A stretch of 64,000 nt of DNA, taken from assembly GCA_951406725.2 (NCBI GenBank), contig OX597815.1, positions 118,172,001 through 118,236,000 of the forward strand, in the 5' to 3' direction. Below are positions 12,622 to 27,000 of this stretch, piece after piece (positions within the stretch are counted from its first letter, which is position 1; the number at the start of each line of letters is the position of its first letter). Position numbers and translations under genes: made by a program. The notes below the pieces were generated by a model that did no database searches, was not told the origin of the DNA, and worked only from the letters and a program-made list of their open reading frames with translations. The stretch comes from Octopus vulgaris (lineage: Eukaryota).

Positions 12622-13220
12622 CATCATCATCATCATCGTTTAATGTCCGTTTTCCGTGCTAGCACGGGTTGGATGGTTCGACCAGGGTCTGGGAAGCCAG
12701 GAGGCTGCACCAGGCTCCAGTCTGATCTGGCAGTGTTTCTACAGCTGGATGCCCGTCCTAACGTCAACCACTCCACGAGTGTAGTGGGTGCTTTTTACGT
12801 GCCACCAGCACTGGTGCTAGGGGAGTCTGGCATCGGCCACAATCGGTTGGTGCTTTTAACGTGCCAAGGCTTCCACACAGTTTCTGTTTACCAAACTTAC
12901 TCACCAGGCATTGATCAGCTTGGGGTTTTAATAGACACTTGCCCAAGGTGCTGTACTGTGGGACTGAACCTGAAACCACATGATTTGCTTTCTGTTCTAC
13001 ACCACCTGTCTTCGTCTTTTATATTTTTTTTGTGAATTCTCCCTATATATATATATATATATAATAATAATAATGATAATAATATTAGGGAATATGATTC
13101 CAAACTTACAGGGAAAAATTCAATTTAGTAATACTAAATCAAATTTCACAATATATAATATATGTATATAAATTAGAGAACATCATTGTTGAATTGCTAC
13201 ATGGTGGTTCTTCTCTAATT

Positions 13221-13264
<44 letters not shown>

Positions 13265-16200
13265 GATAAAAGGGATAAATTATCTTGGTGGATATAAATT
13301 ATCTCATAAAATGGTATTGATACAGACTATCCACAATAGTTCAATTACATAGTACTCAAGTTTAAATAGATACTGGTTTTTGTAAGCTCCAGTTGTTGAG
13401 TAGTTCCTTGTTCCTATTCAGAACTGCAAATTTTCTGTAGAGTATATAACTGAAAACCAAGAGAAGAGTGGAGATTTATTCACATCCAAAGCTTTTTAGA
13501 GCAATGTGCATGTAGTTGCTGTAGTGGAAACATACATTGGTCATGCTGTAGAAAACTTTAAAAAAAGTTTTGGATTTGTATAAATCTCCACTCTCCTCTT
13601 GGTTTTTCCAAATATTTATACATTTATATTTCGGTGGCACGTAAAAAGCACCATCCGATTGTGGCCGTTGTTAGCCTCGCCTGACCCCCATGCCGGTGGC
13701 ACGTAAAAAGCACCATCTGATCGTGGCCGTTTGTCAGCCTCATCTGGCACATAAAAAGCACCCACTACACTCATGGAGTGGTTGATGTTAGGAAGGGCAT
13801 CCAGCCATAGAAACATTGCCAGATCAGACTGGGCCTGGTGCAGCCTTCTGGCTTCCCAGACTCCAGTTGAACCGTCCAACCCATGCTAGCATGGAAAGCG
13901 GACACTAAATGATGATGATGATATATATGTATATATATATATATATATATGCCGGTGGCCTGTAAAAAGCACCCTCTACACTCTCAGAGTGGTTGGCATT
14001 AGGAAGGGCATCCAGCTGTAGAAACTCTGCCAGATCAAGATTGGAGCCTGGTGCAGCCGTCTGATTCACCAGCCCTCAGTTAAAATCGGCCAACCCATGC
14101 TAGCATGGAAGGCAGACATTAAACGATGATGATGATATATATATATATATATTAAGTCACAATATATGGATTCAAGTAATCCAGTAGTACTTATGAAAAA
14201 AAAGCTTAATATATCATTCTACAAACACAGAACATATAATACAATACAAGAGAAAATGATAAGGAGTGTATGAAGTTATTTAGCAAAGATTTTCTATCAC
14301 CTGAGGACTAGTAGGACCCATGAATATTTTGCAGAATTAATGGTAAGCTTATTGGATTATTTCTGAAAACTTTATCCAAAAAACCTGAAAGTGTAGCCTG
14401 TGTTGTGTCTGTATAAAAAGATAGTCACTCATCTGCTAATAATTTGGAAAGAAATTGGAAAAAATGATTACTTAATATATTGGGTCATCCGGAAAGTTCG
14501 TGCCAATTTATAGTAGCTTCTCTTTCGGCTTATTATAGAACATGGTTGAGTCCATAAAATAGGATTTGACTACACCTCCATTTAGAGCACAGTTTAAGCT
14601 ATCTTTTTGTGGAAGAAGGTTTATGTTCCTATAACCTATGTTAATTCTGTAACCCTTTAAAATGGAAGATAAGAAAGTTCATGTTTGGCACTTGATGCTT
14701 TTCCTTTTTCATAAAGGGGAAAATGCCTCACAAGCAACCAAAGAAATATGCACAGTTTACGGTGATGTTTCTTTATCCAAAAGAACTGTACAGAAGTTGT
14801 TTGCAAGGTTCCGAGCTGGAGATTGTAGCCTTATTGATTATATTACATCATTTATTATTTAGATTGTCATTCAAGTAATATTGCCACTGTTAGCCCATAC
14901 CATGTTGAGGAGGTTGTTAGTTTTTATGGGGAAAAGGCCACTGATTTTTACAGAAGATAGATAGAAAATAGAGAGAAGGGAGGACTTATAGATAGACAGG
15001 AAGATTGATATAGAATTGATAGAAAGGGAAGGAGAATAAATTGAAAAGAGAGTAAACAAACATAGGAAGATGATGAGTGGGCAGAAAGAAAAGCAAAGAG
15101 AAGAGACAGGGAAAGACAGACACGGACAGAAAGAGAGAGAGAGACAGATATAAAGATGGATATATAAAGAGAGGATGACTGATAGAAAGGGAAAGAGAAT
15201 AAGTAGGAGAGAGAATAAGCAATCATAGAAAGAAGAGTGGGAGAGGATAAGAGTAAAATAGAGGGCTGAGTGAAATGTGAATATCATTCGGGAGATAGAG
15301 GAGGAAGTTTAAGATAGAAAGAGAAGTTACAACATTAGGAGGAGGAGGAGGAGGAAGAGTGTAAGAAAGAAATGGGAATGAAAAGGCAGAGAGAGAAAGA
15401 AAGATATACAAAGTGGGGTGGACTCATAGATAGAGAGGAAGATGGATACAGAATTGACAGAAAAGGAAAGAGAATAAGTTGAAAAGAGAGTAAACAAACA
15501 TAGACCGAGGAAGATTGGGAGAGAGAAAAACAAAGGGAATGACAGACAGATAGAAAGATAAAGAGTAAACAATAGTTGAAAGAAAAGTGGAAAAGGATAA
15601 GTAAGAGTAAAATAGAGAGCTGAGCGAAATATGAATATGAAGAGGTTCTTCAGTAAATAATGTCTAAATCATTGTCTAAATCTTCCATTTGCGACTTGAT
15701 TTCTTCCATTGATGAAGATCATTTACATTTGGGGATCAACTGATGAAAGCTCAACCCATGTAAAAAATTTTGAATCATCAATTTCTGATGTCTGCTGTTT
15801 AAGGGGTTGACCTGTGTCTTTCAATATATCAATGAAAATTTTCTTTTTCAGTTTTTCATTTCTCTGTTTAATTTTATTTAATGAATTAATCAATTTTGTA
15901 TTTAGGTAATACTTGATCTGAGTAAATATTCCAAAATCCTCATCAGATCAATGCTATCAGACGTAGTTCCTGTAGAATACCAGGTGACACATTTCCCATC
16001 TCTATTACTAATAGATAAAAAAGGCAAACTCAAAACACGTATACAGTAAGTATTCTTTACGGTTTCCTTAACATATTGATAGAAGTCTCATTGTCAAGTA
16101 GTAATGGATCTAGACAATTGGTTTTCAGAACATGAGTTTATTTAATCAAGTTTTACATGTATATTATTGATTGATAAAAAAAAAAAAACTGGATTTATGT

Positions 16201-19200
16201 AATTGACAAGGGAACAGAAATTATGTAATCAACTAACTAACGAAGTTGATTTGGTAACTCCTGTTTCTTTGTCATTCAATAATTTATATTACACTCTAAG
16301 CATTAGTATATTGAGTTCTAACAACTGGTTATTAGCATTGCCATTCCTAAGCAAAATTATGAAATATATGCATACATAGAAGATAACAAAGGTAGCCTCT
16401 CTATTGCCACTTGGTTATTGTTAGCTGCCAAATGTTCTTCCAATCACAGAGTGTCCTTTGGCTAAACAACAACATAAAGAATGCTCTCATGCCTTGGTTA
16501 GAGAACTGCTGTTGATAAAAGATATCTGATGTTCCCAGCAAATCATGAAAATGTCTCAATTTGCAGGGATTATCCAACCCATGTTGAATTTTGAAAATAT
16601 TTTACAAACTTCAGCTAGAGTTTTCTCAAATGCTCACCATTAACACATAAGACCTTTAGAGTTTCTGAAATTGGTGATTTTTGCTGAAGACTTAATAATT
16701 TGAAGAACAAAATATGAAATAATTTATGAAAAAAAAATGCAAAATTGTTTTGAATTGAACAATATATATTGAAACAAGCTAAAAGAAAAACAACTTTACC
16801 ATCACTTGTGTGTGAGTATGACCTAGTGGTATGTACCACATTTTTGCTAATTGTTTTAGATGCCTGTGTAGTGATGAGTTGACTGGACACCATCTTAACC
16901 CTCTCACCCTTGACTCTGGAACTCATTGGTGAGAGGGCCAAGATGGTGTCTATTGCGATTATAAAAGTTGGAAGAGGGAGAGGACTGTACTAGCAGTCAG
17001 CTAGTACTCATTTTCTGCAGAGTAAGCTGGAGCAACATGAAATGACATGCCTTGCTCAAGGCCTCAATGTATCACCCTGTCCGGGAATTGAACCCATACT
17101 TTATTAATGCTAGCTCATTAACCTAACCACTGCACCTAATTAATTGTAAATACCTGTACGCACCCAAAAAGCAAACCTGGGCACATTATCATTCAAACAA
17201 ATCATCATAAGTCATCAGGCAAGTCAGTGAGATAGCTTTTACATGGCTGCTCAGTTTGCTAGTTAAACCACTCTGTAATGACACTCTATTGCTTTCAAAA
17301 AGACAAAGTGGCAGGACAGGTATAATTGTAAATGTAGTTCTAGATGGGAGGGGTCACAGCAGGAATGCCTTTGATCATAGGCTTGTGATGACTTGCTGTT
17401 AAACTGCAGCAACTTTATTACAGAATTAAATTTTTAAAATACTTCTACAGACAGAAACAAATTCCTTTAAATAGCTGTATAGGAAGTCTATATTTCACTC
17501 TGTTGCTTTTAAAACTACAGTATGCACCTTACCATGATATATTCTTTTGGTAAAGAATATAAAGATTCTAAACCTTTTTGATATTTGAACAGGGAAAAAA
17601 CAATTTACATTTTATTTTGATTTTAATGTCAAAATATTTTTTATATAAAAATATTTTTCTTCTTCTTATTATTATTATTACAATAAAGATTGATGTAACT
17701 CTTCACAAAGGTAAATCGACAATAAGAAGAGTGCGATGTGATTTACACTCTTCTAGACATCTGATCTAGAAAGTTACTTTATATGTCAATTTATTGTACA
17801 GTCTTTATGCTGAACAGTTCAGTGTTTTTAAAAGTTACGGAACAAACAAAATTACGCAATTATCCAGTCAACAATTAAGCAATACTGACTTTGTTTTCCT
17901 ATCCTTGTGCAATGTTAATACTGTTTGATAACAAAATATGCGAGTTACGTTATTTGAAGGTTGTCTTGTTATGAATTAACCACAGTACTATTGTTAAATT
18001 CAGGAATGTGTGTATGTATGATAGGAGTGTTTGGACTGTTTGTTTGTTTAGTGCCTGTTTTTTCATGCTAGCTTAATTTGGACTGGAACATATTTAAGGC
18101 AGGATTTTTTTCTACTAGATGGTGCTCTTTCAGTTATCACTGTTGTTTTTCAAGTAAGGGAGGTTTTTCTTTTTTTTCCCTATTTTGTAGGTCTTTGAAA
18201 GCTGAGTGATTGGTCATAGTATCAACAAAAATGTTAACCTCAAATCACCATGGGATCTCAACATTTATACATGCACATTCTGTTCACTTTTACATGTTTT
18301 TCTTTGCTAGCATAGGTTAGGTGAATATATCACTGAGGCCTTGTTTTACAGCAGGATCCCCTTCCAATTGCTCACCCTCACGTTTCTCTTATTTCATACA
18401 TCTTCAAAAGTACAAAGCCTCTTGTTGAAGGCAAAATGAAAACATCATTGCCACATACAGTTTACTACACACAAACACACACACTCACACACACACACAC
18501 ACACACACACGGCATTGGTTTTAGCCTGCAGAAGAAGACATTTGCCACAAATAAGAGCGTCCAATAGAATAAGTAAAGTGGGTGGTATTAGGAAGGTCAT
18601 CCAGCTCTGTAGAAACCATGGCAAAGCAGACATTGGAACATAACATTGTCCAGCCCATCCTAGCATGGAAGACAGATGTTAAAAGGCAATAGTGATGATG
18701 ATGATGCAATTAAAGATTTACACTTGTTTGGGCATAAACAATTTCCTAGAGATTAATTTTTCAAAGTTACTGGAGCAGCTTGAGTTATTTGTTTTACCAC
18801 AGTCTTAGACTTGGAATGAAATGAAATAAAAATTAAAAATCTCAATCATTTTGATTGTGAATTTAAGTCTTAATCACATTAAATTCACTATTTTGCTCTG
18901 TAAAATGTCTTAAAGTCACTTAGTAAATAAATATCATATATCATTTAAAGGCAGTGCTCCAGCATGGCCGCAGCCAATTGACTGAAACAAGTAAAAGAGT
19001 ATACATTTACCTTTGTTTAAAACAAATGTTTTTATCATTTTTTTCCCAGTTCAAATCTGACAACAAGGTTTTGCGTAAATTACCTAAAAAATGTATCTGG
19101 TTATGCTACCAATATTAGTGGAATAAAAGACCCATCAATGGGTTACATTGCCAGTATGAAACCAACTCTTAAAAGCATTCAAATGTAAGTTGATTTTTAT

Positions 19201-22200
19201 AATTTCTATATGTCTCTTCTTTTTTCTGTTTGTGTGTGTATTGGAAATTATTGATAGTTGTTTTATAATTAACACTGTTGGTATGTTTTTAATTTAATAT
19301 TCATTTGTATAAAAGTAGTGAGCAGGCAGAATCATTAGCACACTGGGAAAAATGCTTACAACATTTCAGCCATCTTCACATTCTGAGCTGAAATTTCACT
19401 GAGGTCAGCTTTGTCTTTCATCCTTTCAGGGTTGATTAAACAAGTACCAGTTGAACACTGGGTTGATGTAAGCAACTTACCTCCTCCCCTGAAGTTCCTG
19501 CCTTATGCCAAAATTTGAAACCTGTATTCATTTGTATAAAGCAGTGTTTCTCAACCATTTTACCCTTGCATAATATTGCATGTCTCAAGGAACCTCTGCA
19601 CAAAAACAATAATATACCATATTTTTCTCATATTTTTTCTTCATAGTTCACATGGTAAATAATCATATATATATATATATATATGGTTGTTATATTTTTT
19701 TGATAACATAAAAGGTTAGATAGGATGATGTCTATATTACAATAACCAATAATATGTTGTGCATGTATAGTAATATTATGATCATCAAATTAGCATTAGC
19801 TTAACTCACTCTTTTCTCATGGAACCCCGCTTGAGAAACACTGGTATAAAGCTATACTTTTTTATCAGGAGTTTCTATTTTCCTTTGTATTTTTTATACA
19901 ATAATTCTTTGTACTGTAGGTGTACAAGGCCTGAAATTTTTGTGGGAGAAGGTCAGTTGGTTACATTGCCCCTAGTGCTTGACTGGTACTTACTTTATCA
20001 ACCCCAAAAGGATGAAAAGCAAAGTTGACTTTGACAGAAGGAACTTGGAATGTAAAGTGCTAGAAGAAAAGCCACCTAGCATTTTATCCAGTGCAGTAGC
20101 AATTTTGTAACACACTAGGTGAGGGCTCCTGCCCTTGGTGGTCAGAGTAATCATGGATCTGTGGGCTTCCCTGACTGGCTCCAAGTAAGAGGTACTTTTG
20201 CATTAAGAGGGCTGCATCATTCCTGTGTTTTCATACTTAATGCACTATGTATACTTTTATCACATTTCTTTTTCCTTTCTTTCCCCTTATCTTTTATGTG
20301 AACATCCACACAGATTATAAACTCTCCTTATAATGTCTCCCTCTTCTGATGTTTCTGTATGGCAAACAAAAAAAATCACTATCATTATTATTATTAAGGT
20401 GGCAAGCTAGCAGAGTCGTCAGCATGCTGGACAGAACATTTAGTGGTATTTTGCCCATTACTACATTCTGAGTTGAAATTCTGCTGAGGTTGACTTTACC
20501 TTTCATCCTTTCAGGGTCAATAGATCAAGTACCAGTGAAACACTGAGGTTGATGTAATCAACTAGTCTCTTCCCACCAAATTTCAGGCTTGTGCCTTTAG
20601 TAGAAAGAATTATTATTATTATTATTACTATTATTATTATTATTATCATCATCATCATCTTCCTCTTTCTCCACCTACTCCTCATCATATTTTGGTCAGA
20701 AGGGATTATAATGTCTATCAGTATGCATGTGTTTTTTTGTTTTGTTTGGGGTTTTTTCCAGTCCTTGATTATTTTGTCCAGATGTTTTGCTTTGATCACT
20801 TTGTTTGGATGTGTACATCCCAGATTATTGTGGCCAGGTCATTTCCGTGTACCTTGTTTGGTACCCATTTATACCACTTTTTGTCTGTTTTCACATTGAA
20901 GTGTTGACATATTGCTCCATGGATATAGCTGTCAACTCAGTCATGTCTGTGTATACGCAGGGGGCAAAAGAAGGTATACAGTTGCTTAAAATGAGTGGAA
21001 TGTTCTTTTCATTTCTCTTTTTCTTTTTCAGAATAGGAATTCCACTCAAATTAAGCAACCATATACTTTTGCCTCTCCTTGTATATTCAGATTTGGCAAC
21101 AACTGACCACTGGGGTCCATGTGGTTAGCCATCTGATTGTATTGGTTGCACATTCTGCATTTGGTGTTAGGATTCAGTTCTGTTATATTTTACCTTAGAA
21201 TTGTTCATGATAGGTGCAAGCATAGCTGTGTGGTAAGAAGTTTGCTTCCTAACCAAATGGTTTCAGTTTCAGTCCCACTGTATGGTACCTAGGGCAAGTG
21301 TCTTTTACTGTGGCCTTGGTCTGACCAAAGCCTTGTTAGTGGATTTGGTCAACAAACCTGAAAGAAGCCTGTGGTGTGTGTGTGTGTGTGTGTGTGTGTT
21401 TGTCTCCCACCTCAGCTTGAAAACTGGTGTTGGTCTTGAGTAGTTAAATTCAGTCTTTTGATTTCTGCTTTTATTTCAGAGCTTTTAAGCCATCATTAGT
21501 TCTGACATTGGATTGGTGCTTCTGTTTTGAGCCTTGCTGGATTTGGGTTATCAAGTGATTTTTCTCTCCACTTCTTCTTTAGTATGTTAGTTGTTGTTTT
21601 TATTATCATCATTATTATTATTAGTTTTTTTTTTAATAAAAATTTATTTGTTTCTGGTGGGAATTATGCATCTGATACAAAACTTACTTAACATGTTCTT
21701 AATTAAATCTCTTTTCTATGTCATCAGAAACAAGCCAGCTGCTCACATGCAGGACCTACTCTCGGGAATCCATTATATGTTTCAGCAGGAGATTGCAATT
21801 CGAAAAAATATTAACGGCAAATCATTAAAATCACTTCAAAATTTCATTGAAGTTTTGTCCAAGGTATGTATTTCAAATATTTGTAATTAAAGGAGGAGGA
21901 AAAAAAAATATTCCTAGTTTTTGTAGGCGCAGGAGTGGCTCTGTGGTAAGTAGCTTGCTTACCAACCACATGGTTCCGGGTTCAGTCTCTCTGTGTGGCA
22001 CCTTGGGCAAGTGTCTTCTACTATAGCCTCGGGCCAACCAAAGCCTTGTGAGTGGATTTGGTAGACAGAAACTGAAAGAAGCCCGTCATGTATATATATA
22101 TATATGTGTGTGTTTGTGTGTCTGTGTTTGTCTCAACATCGCTTGACAACTGATGCTGGTGTGTTTATGTCGCCGTAACTTAGCAGTTCAGCAAAAGAGA

Positions 22201-23955
22201 CCGATAGAATAAGTACTAGGCTTACAAAGAATAAGGCCTGGGGTCGATTTCTTTGACTAAAGGCGGTGCTCCAGCATGGCCGCAGTCAGGTGACTGAAAC
22301 AGGTAAAAGAGTAAAAGAGCTTATGTCTGCTCATTTACAGTATAGTAGCAACTGTGTTTTAAAAGCTTGCAGTGTGTTAGTGAAAATCTCCTTGAATGCT
22401 AAAATGTGATATGTTCCTCAATATTGATACTTTGAACATTATCTTCAAAATAACTAATCAGAAACTGATGGTATATATGCAAATATACCATCAGAATATT
22501 TGTCGCCATCATCATAACTTTTCCATGCTTGTACGGGTCAGATGGAGTTTATTGAGGCAGATTTTCTACAGCCAAATGCCCTTTCTATCACCAACCCTCA
22601 CCTGTTTCCATGCAAGGTAATATTTTCCCATGACCAGACATAGTCTCACAGTATATTGGAAATGATTGACACTGCTTTTATGGCTGTGACAATCAATTTT
22701 ACAATTATCACATGTCAAGACAAGGAGACACACACACAGTCTTTCACACATGTGCGCACACACACACACACACATATACATGATGGACTTCTTTCAGTTT
22801 CTGTCTATCAAATCCACTCACAAGGATTTGGTCAACCCAGGGCTATAGAAGACACCTGTCCAAGGTGTCTTCTATTCCATCTTCAGTTTTAATTATTTCA
22901 GCTGTTGTGAAATAACATGTCTTTAGTGTTTGAAGGACTTGTGAAACAAGCATATTGAAAACAGTTTTAGCTTACAGGTGCATTAAAAAGCTGTGTCAAT
23001 TGCTCTCACTCACTCACACTCGCCCTTACTCACACTTGCCCTCACTCACTCACATGTATGTATATGTGTGTTAGAGTTAGTTCATATTTGCCCCATGTTT
23101 GTTGATTTGTAAACAACGTCTTCCTGACATTGTCATTTGCTTGCAGGCTACCATAAAAACATGTGCAGACTGTTTGATGTTCAATAGCCTGAGATTTCCT
23201 CACTTAGAAACCAATTGAGTTGGTTGGTAAACAGGAAGGACATCCAGCTGCAGGAAAATAAAAAAATTTCTATCCCAAGCATACTCTTGTCTGACCCATG
23301 CAAGTATAGAAAAGTAGACAGTAAATAAATGATGATGTTACTCTTTACTCTTTTACACAAGTAAAAGAGTAAAGAGACTGTGGCCATGCTGGAGCACCAC
23401 CTTTAGTCGAGCAAATCGACCCCAGGACTTATTCTTTGTAAGCCTAGTACTTATTCTATCAGTCTCTTTTACTATGGGGACGTAAACACACCAGCATCGG
23501 TTGTCAAGCGATGTTGGGGGGGACAAACACATACAAACATATACACACACACACACATACATATATTTATATGACGGGCTTCTTTCAGTTTCCATCTACC
23601 AAATCCACTCACAAGGCTTTGGTCGGCCTGAGGCTATAGTAGAAGACACTTACCCAAGGTGCCAATCATTGGGACTGAACCTGGAACCATGTGGTTCATA
23701 AGCAAGCTACTTACCACACAGCCACTCCTACACCATATTGATGATGAGGAATACATTTTTCTTTTTTTTCTTTATTTCTGACAGTACTTTCCTGGTGAAA
23801 CATCAGTTTCAATTTACCTGAGTAAGGTCAATTCTTGGCTTTCAACAATCCAATATTCCATCACTGGTAAATCTTGGCTAGAAAAAATTGACTCTCTACA
23901 GGTAAGTAATTATCTATAATTGGCGTTATATGTAAACACACACACACACACACAC

Positions 23956-24007
<52 letters not shown>

Positions 24008-27000
24008 TTAGACAAGCTTGTTCTTTTCTGAACTATCCTTTCCATAGAAGAGTGTAGGCTTGAAATATCACACTTCTAATTTTCCCAAGTGTCAACTTTG
24101 TATACCTTGTTAACTTGTATTTTTTCTACCTCATCTTCATGATATTTTATATTTTTGTAGCATTGATTTATCTATTTATCTACATGCATGTATGTATGTG
24201 TGTCTATCTGTCAGTTTGTAAAGTTATAATAAAACAAATTTTAAGTTAAACTATTATTATTCTTTCACAGTAACAGTGTTGACAGTGACTTGGAGGTTTT
24301 GGCATGCTTATTCTTCATCACACTGTCTGATGAAGGATAAGCAGGCCAAAACTTCAGTCTTGTAAAAAAAAAAAAGTCACACACACACACACACACGCAC
24401 ACACTATGAACTGTTATTTAATAAGCTTATTTTATAATTAATTACTAATATCTGACTTGTGTAGCAATAATTATATTGGTTTGTTAAATTATGGAGCTAC
24501 AGATTTTGTATCATTCTGCAACTCTGTTGTTCACTAGACCTAGACCCCTTTGTTTTTTAAAAGAAGGATAGTAATATAGATTAAATGCACACATGATGGT
24601 GATGTGATCTATAATGGTCTGTTATTGGAAATTTTACGCACACTGCTTATATGGGAAAAAAAAGAAAAAAGTAATTGATGGTCTTGTATCTGATATTAAA
24701 ATAATTTGTTTCAATTGTGTGAAACATTTTTGTATAAGCAACAGCTGTTTGAAATTAACACACATTCACAAAAACCCATCCAACTATCTCTCTCTCTCTC
24801 ACACACACAAGCACAGTTTAAATAAAGTCAAACCAAGTAGTGATACTTTGAATGCATGTTCCAGATAATTGAATAATGCATAAGCAAGGAATGTCTTAAC
24901 TCACACACACATACGCACGCACGCGCGCGCACACACACACAGAGTGTCTCCTGGAAACTGTTCAGACAAATACCCACCCTCAGGTATCTACTATAATATG
25001 CTGAATGTCTTGTTTCTCTAGGCATGTATAGACTAAAGCTTTGATGTCTGGCAATTAACTTGGTAAAGACCTCCAAGATTATCCACCATCTTTCCAACGA
25101 CAACCTTGGGCACCTTTTTGAATTCCATGCCTAACACTCGTGGACATGCTCACAAAATCAAAAATCAACACATCACATATGACTTTTGGAAACATTTTTT
25201 TTACACTCAGAATTGCTGAAGCATGGAATAAACTGCCCACCTCAGTTGTTAGCTGTCAAGACACTACACCCTTCAAAAACACCATGCTTCCTTAAACAAC
25301 TCACTTCCTGTGCATTAGTGTATGTACTAAATATATATTAGTCACAAATGCAGTATTAATACTGAAATGATATTTATCCCTGCTTAAACGTGAATGTTCT
25401 ATTAGAACAAACTATACTGTGGTAGGGACCATGAGAGAAGCTCTCTTATTGGCTTTTGATCCATATAAGCACTCTTGTTTTATATTCTACAAGCAATGCA
25501 TCCCAGTGTTGCCCAGGTGTTATGACATACAGCCGCATTGTATTATTTGCTCCTTATGGGCACAAGGAGTATGAAGCAAACAACTCTTCTTTGTTACAAT
25601 GCTTTTCAGTTGTTTTCCGATGAGCAACACTGCAGTTTCCATCTACCAAACTCAGTCACAAGTCTGCAGTTGGCCTAGGGCTATAGTAGAAAACACTTGC
25701 TCCAAGGTTCCATGTAGAGGGACTGAACATAGAACCATATGGTTGGGAAGCAAAAGTTTCAACCACATAGTCATTCTTGCACTTAATGTGTGTGTGTGTT
25801 TACATTTGTTGTTAAATCAAGTATTGTGTCCCACTATATCTCAAAGTTAGTAGTTCATCAAGCAGAGATCCATAGAATGAATGCCAGATTGAAATACATA
25901 CTGAGGTCAATATGACAAATCCAATATTTTTTTTATACCCCATCATAGTGACTGTTGAAACCCAGTAAGATAATGTTTAAAGACTTAATGGCTTCAAATT
26001 TAAGGTAATAGATTACTAACCACAAGTTAGCATGGCCGCAGTCAAATGACTGAAACAAGTAAAAGAGTACCAAATAAATGCTAATAAAGTTGACGGTTTA
26101 TCTTTGAAGTTTCATTCCCTAGTAAAACTCCATGTATTTTAAGCATTTTCTCACTAAACTCTAAGACGTAAAGATTGTGGAGGCAGAGTGACCTCCCTGA
26201 GATAAAGACTGCAAAATTGTTTGACCTGACTTTGTTTTTGTGCTTATTTTTCTTGTAAAAAAGAGTTGTGCAAAAAAATACTTTATTTGGTAGCTGAAAG
26301 ATTACCGAATCTTTTGATACCTCATTTGTCAAAATCGGCAACTCAGTTTTTGAATCCATATGGAACATATGTGTGTGTGTGTGTGCACGCACGCGCACAC
26401 ACACACACACACATACACAAACACTGTTTTATATTTAAGATATACTGTTCATGCACTTTTGATTACTTTTACTGATGAGGTAAACTTCACCTTCCGTTAT
26501 TTCAGAGTTGATAAGTACCAGAGAAATGTAATAGACTATTATTACACATATGCATACACATGCACATGTGCACGTAAAATCAAACATCTGATAAACACCA
26601 CCTAGTTATCAGACCTCTAACTTTATCAGGTAACAAGTTATACTGGCTTACTTCATAATCCTGAGAGCCAGTACAACCTGTTGCAAGGTTAGGTTATCTC
26701 TGACCTAACTGGAAACTCCACTTGGTTTGCTTGGTAAGGACTAGATTCTTTACTTGATGAAAAATGGGGTGCCATATAAGCAGAGGCAGTTGTGATTCCT
26801 TGAGTGCTTGCACAGCTACAACACTTCATTGTCGAGTTACTAGTATCTATGATCTCTCTTGTTATATTGTGGTTGTGTGAGATTTTATCTTTGTGTGAGG
26901 CCATAACTAGGCGGCGTTGCGTTTGTAATTTTAGCACAAAAGGTGATGATATTTGATAAAGATTCACCAGTTGCACACACACACACACACACACCCACAC

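Noticed and set aside
14297-14420. CTGAGGA in a TA-flanked segment
   Set aside because: No matching stem II/GAAA/NUH half found. The same applies to CTGAGGA at about 55453.
21926-22000. tRNA-like sequence with A/B-box-like motifs
   Set aside because: SINE head continuing into the SINE body; no complete cloverleaf.
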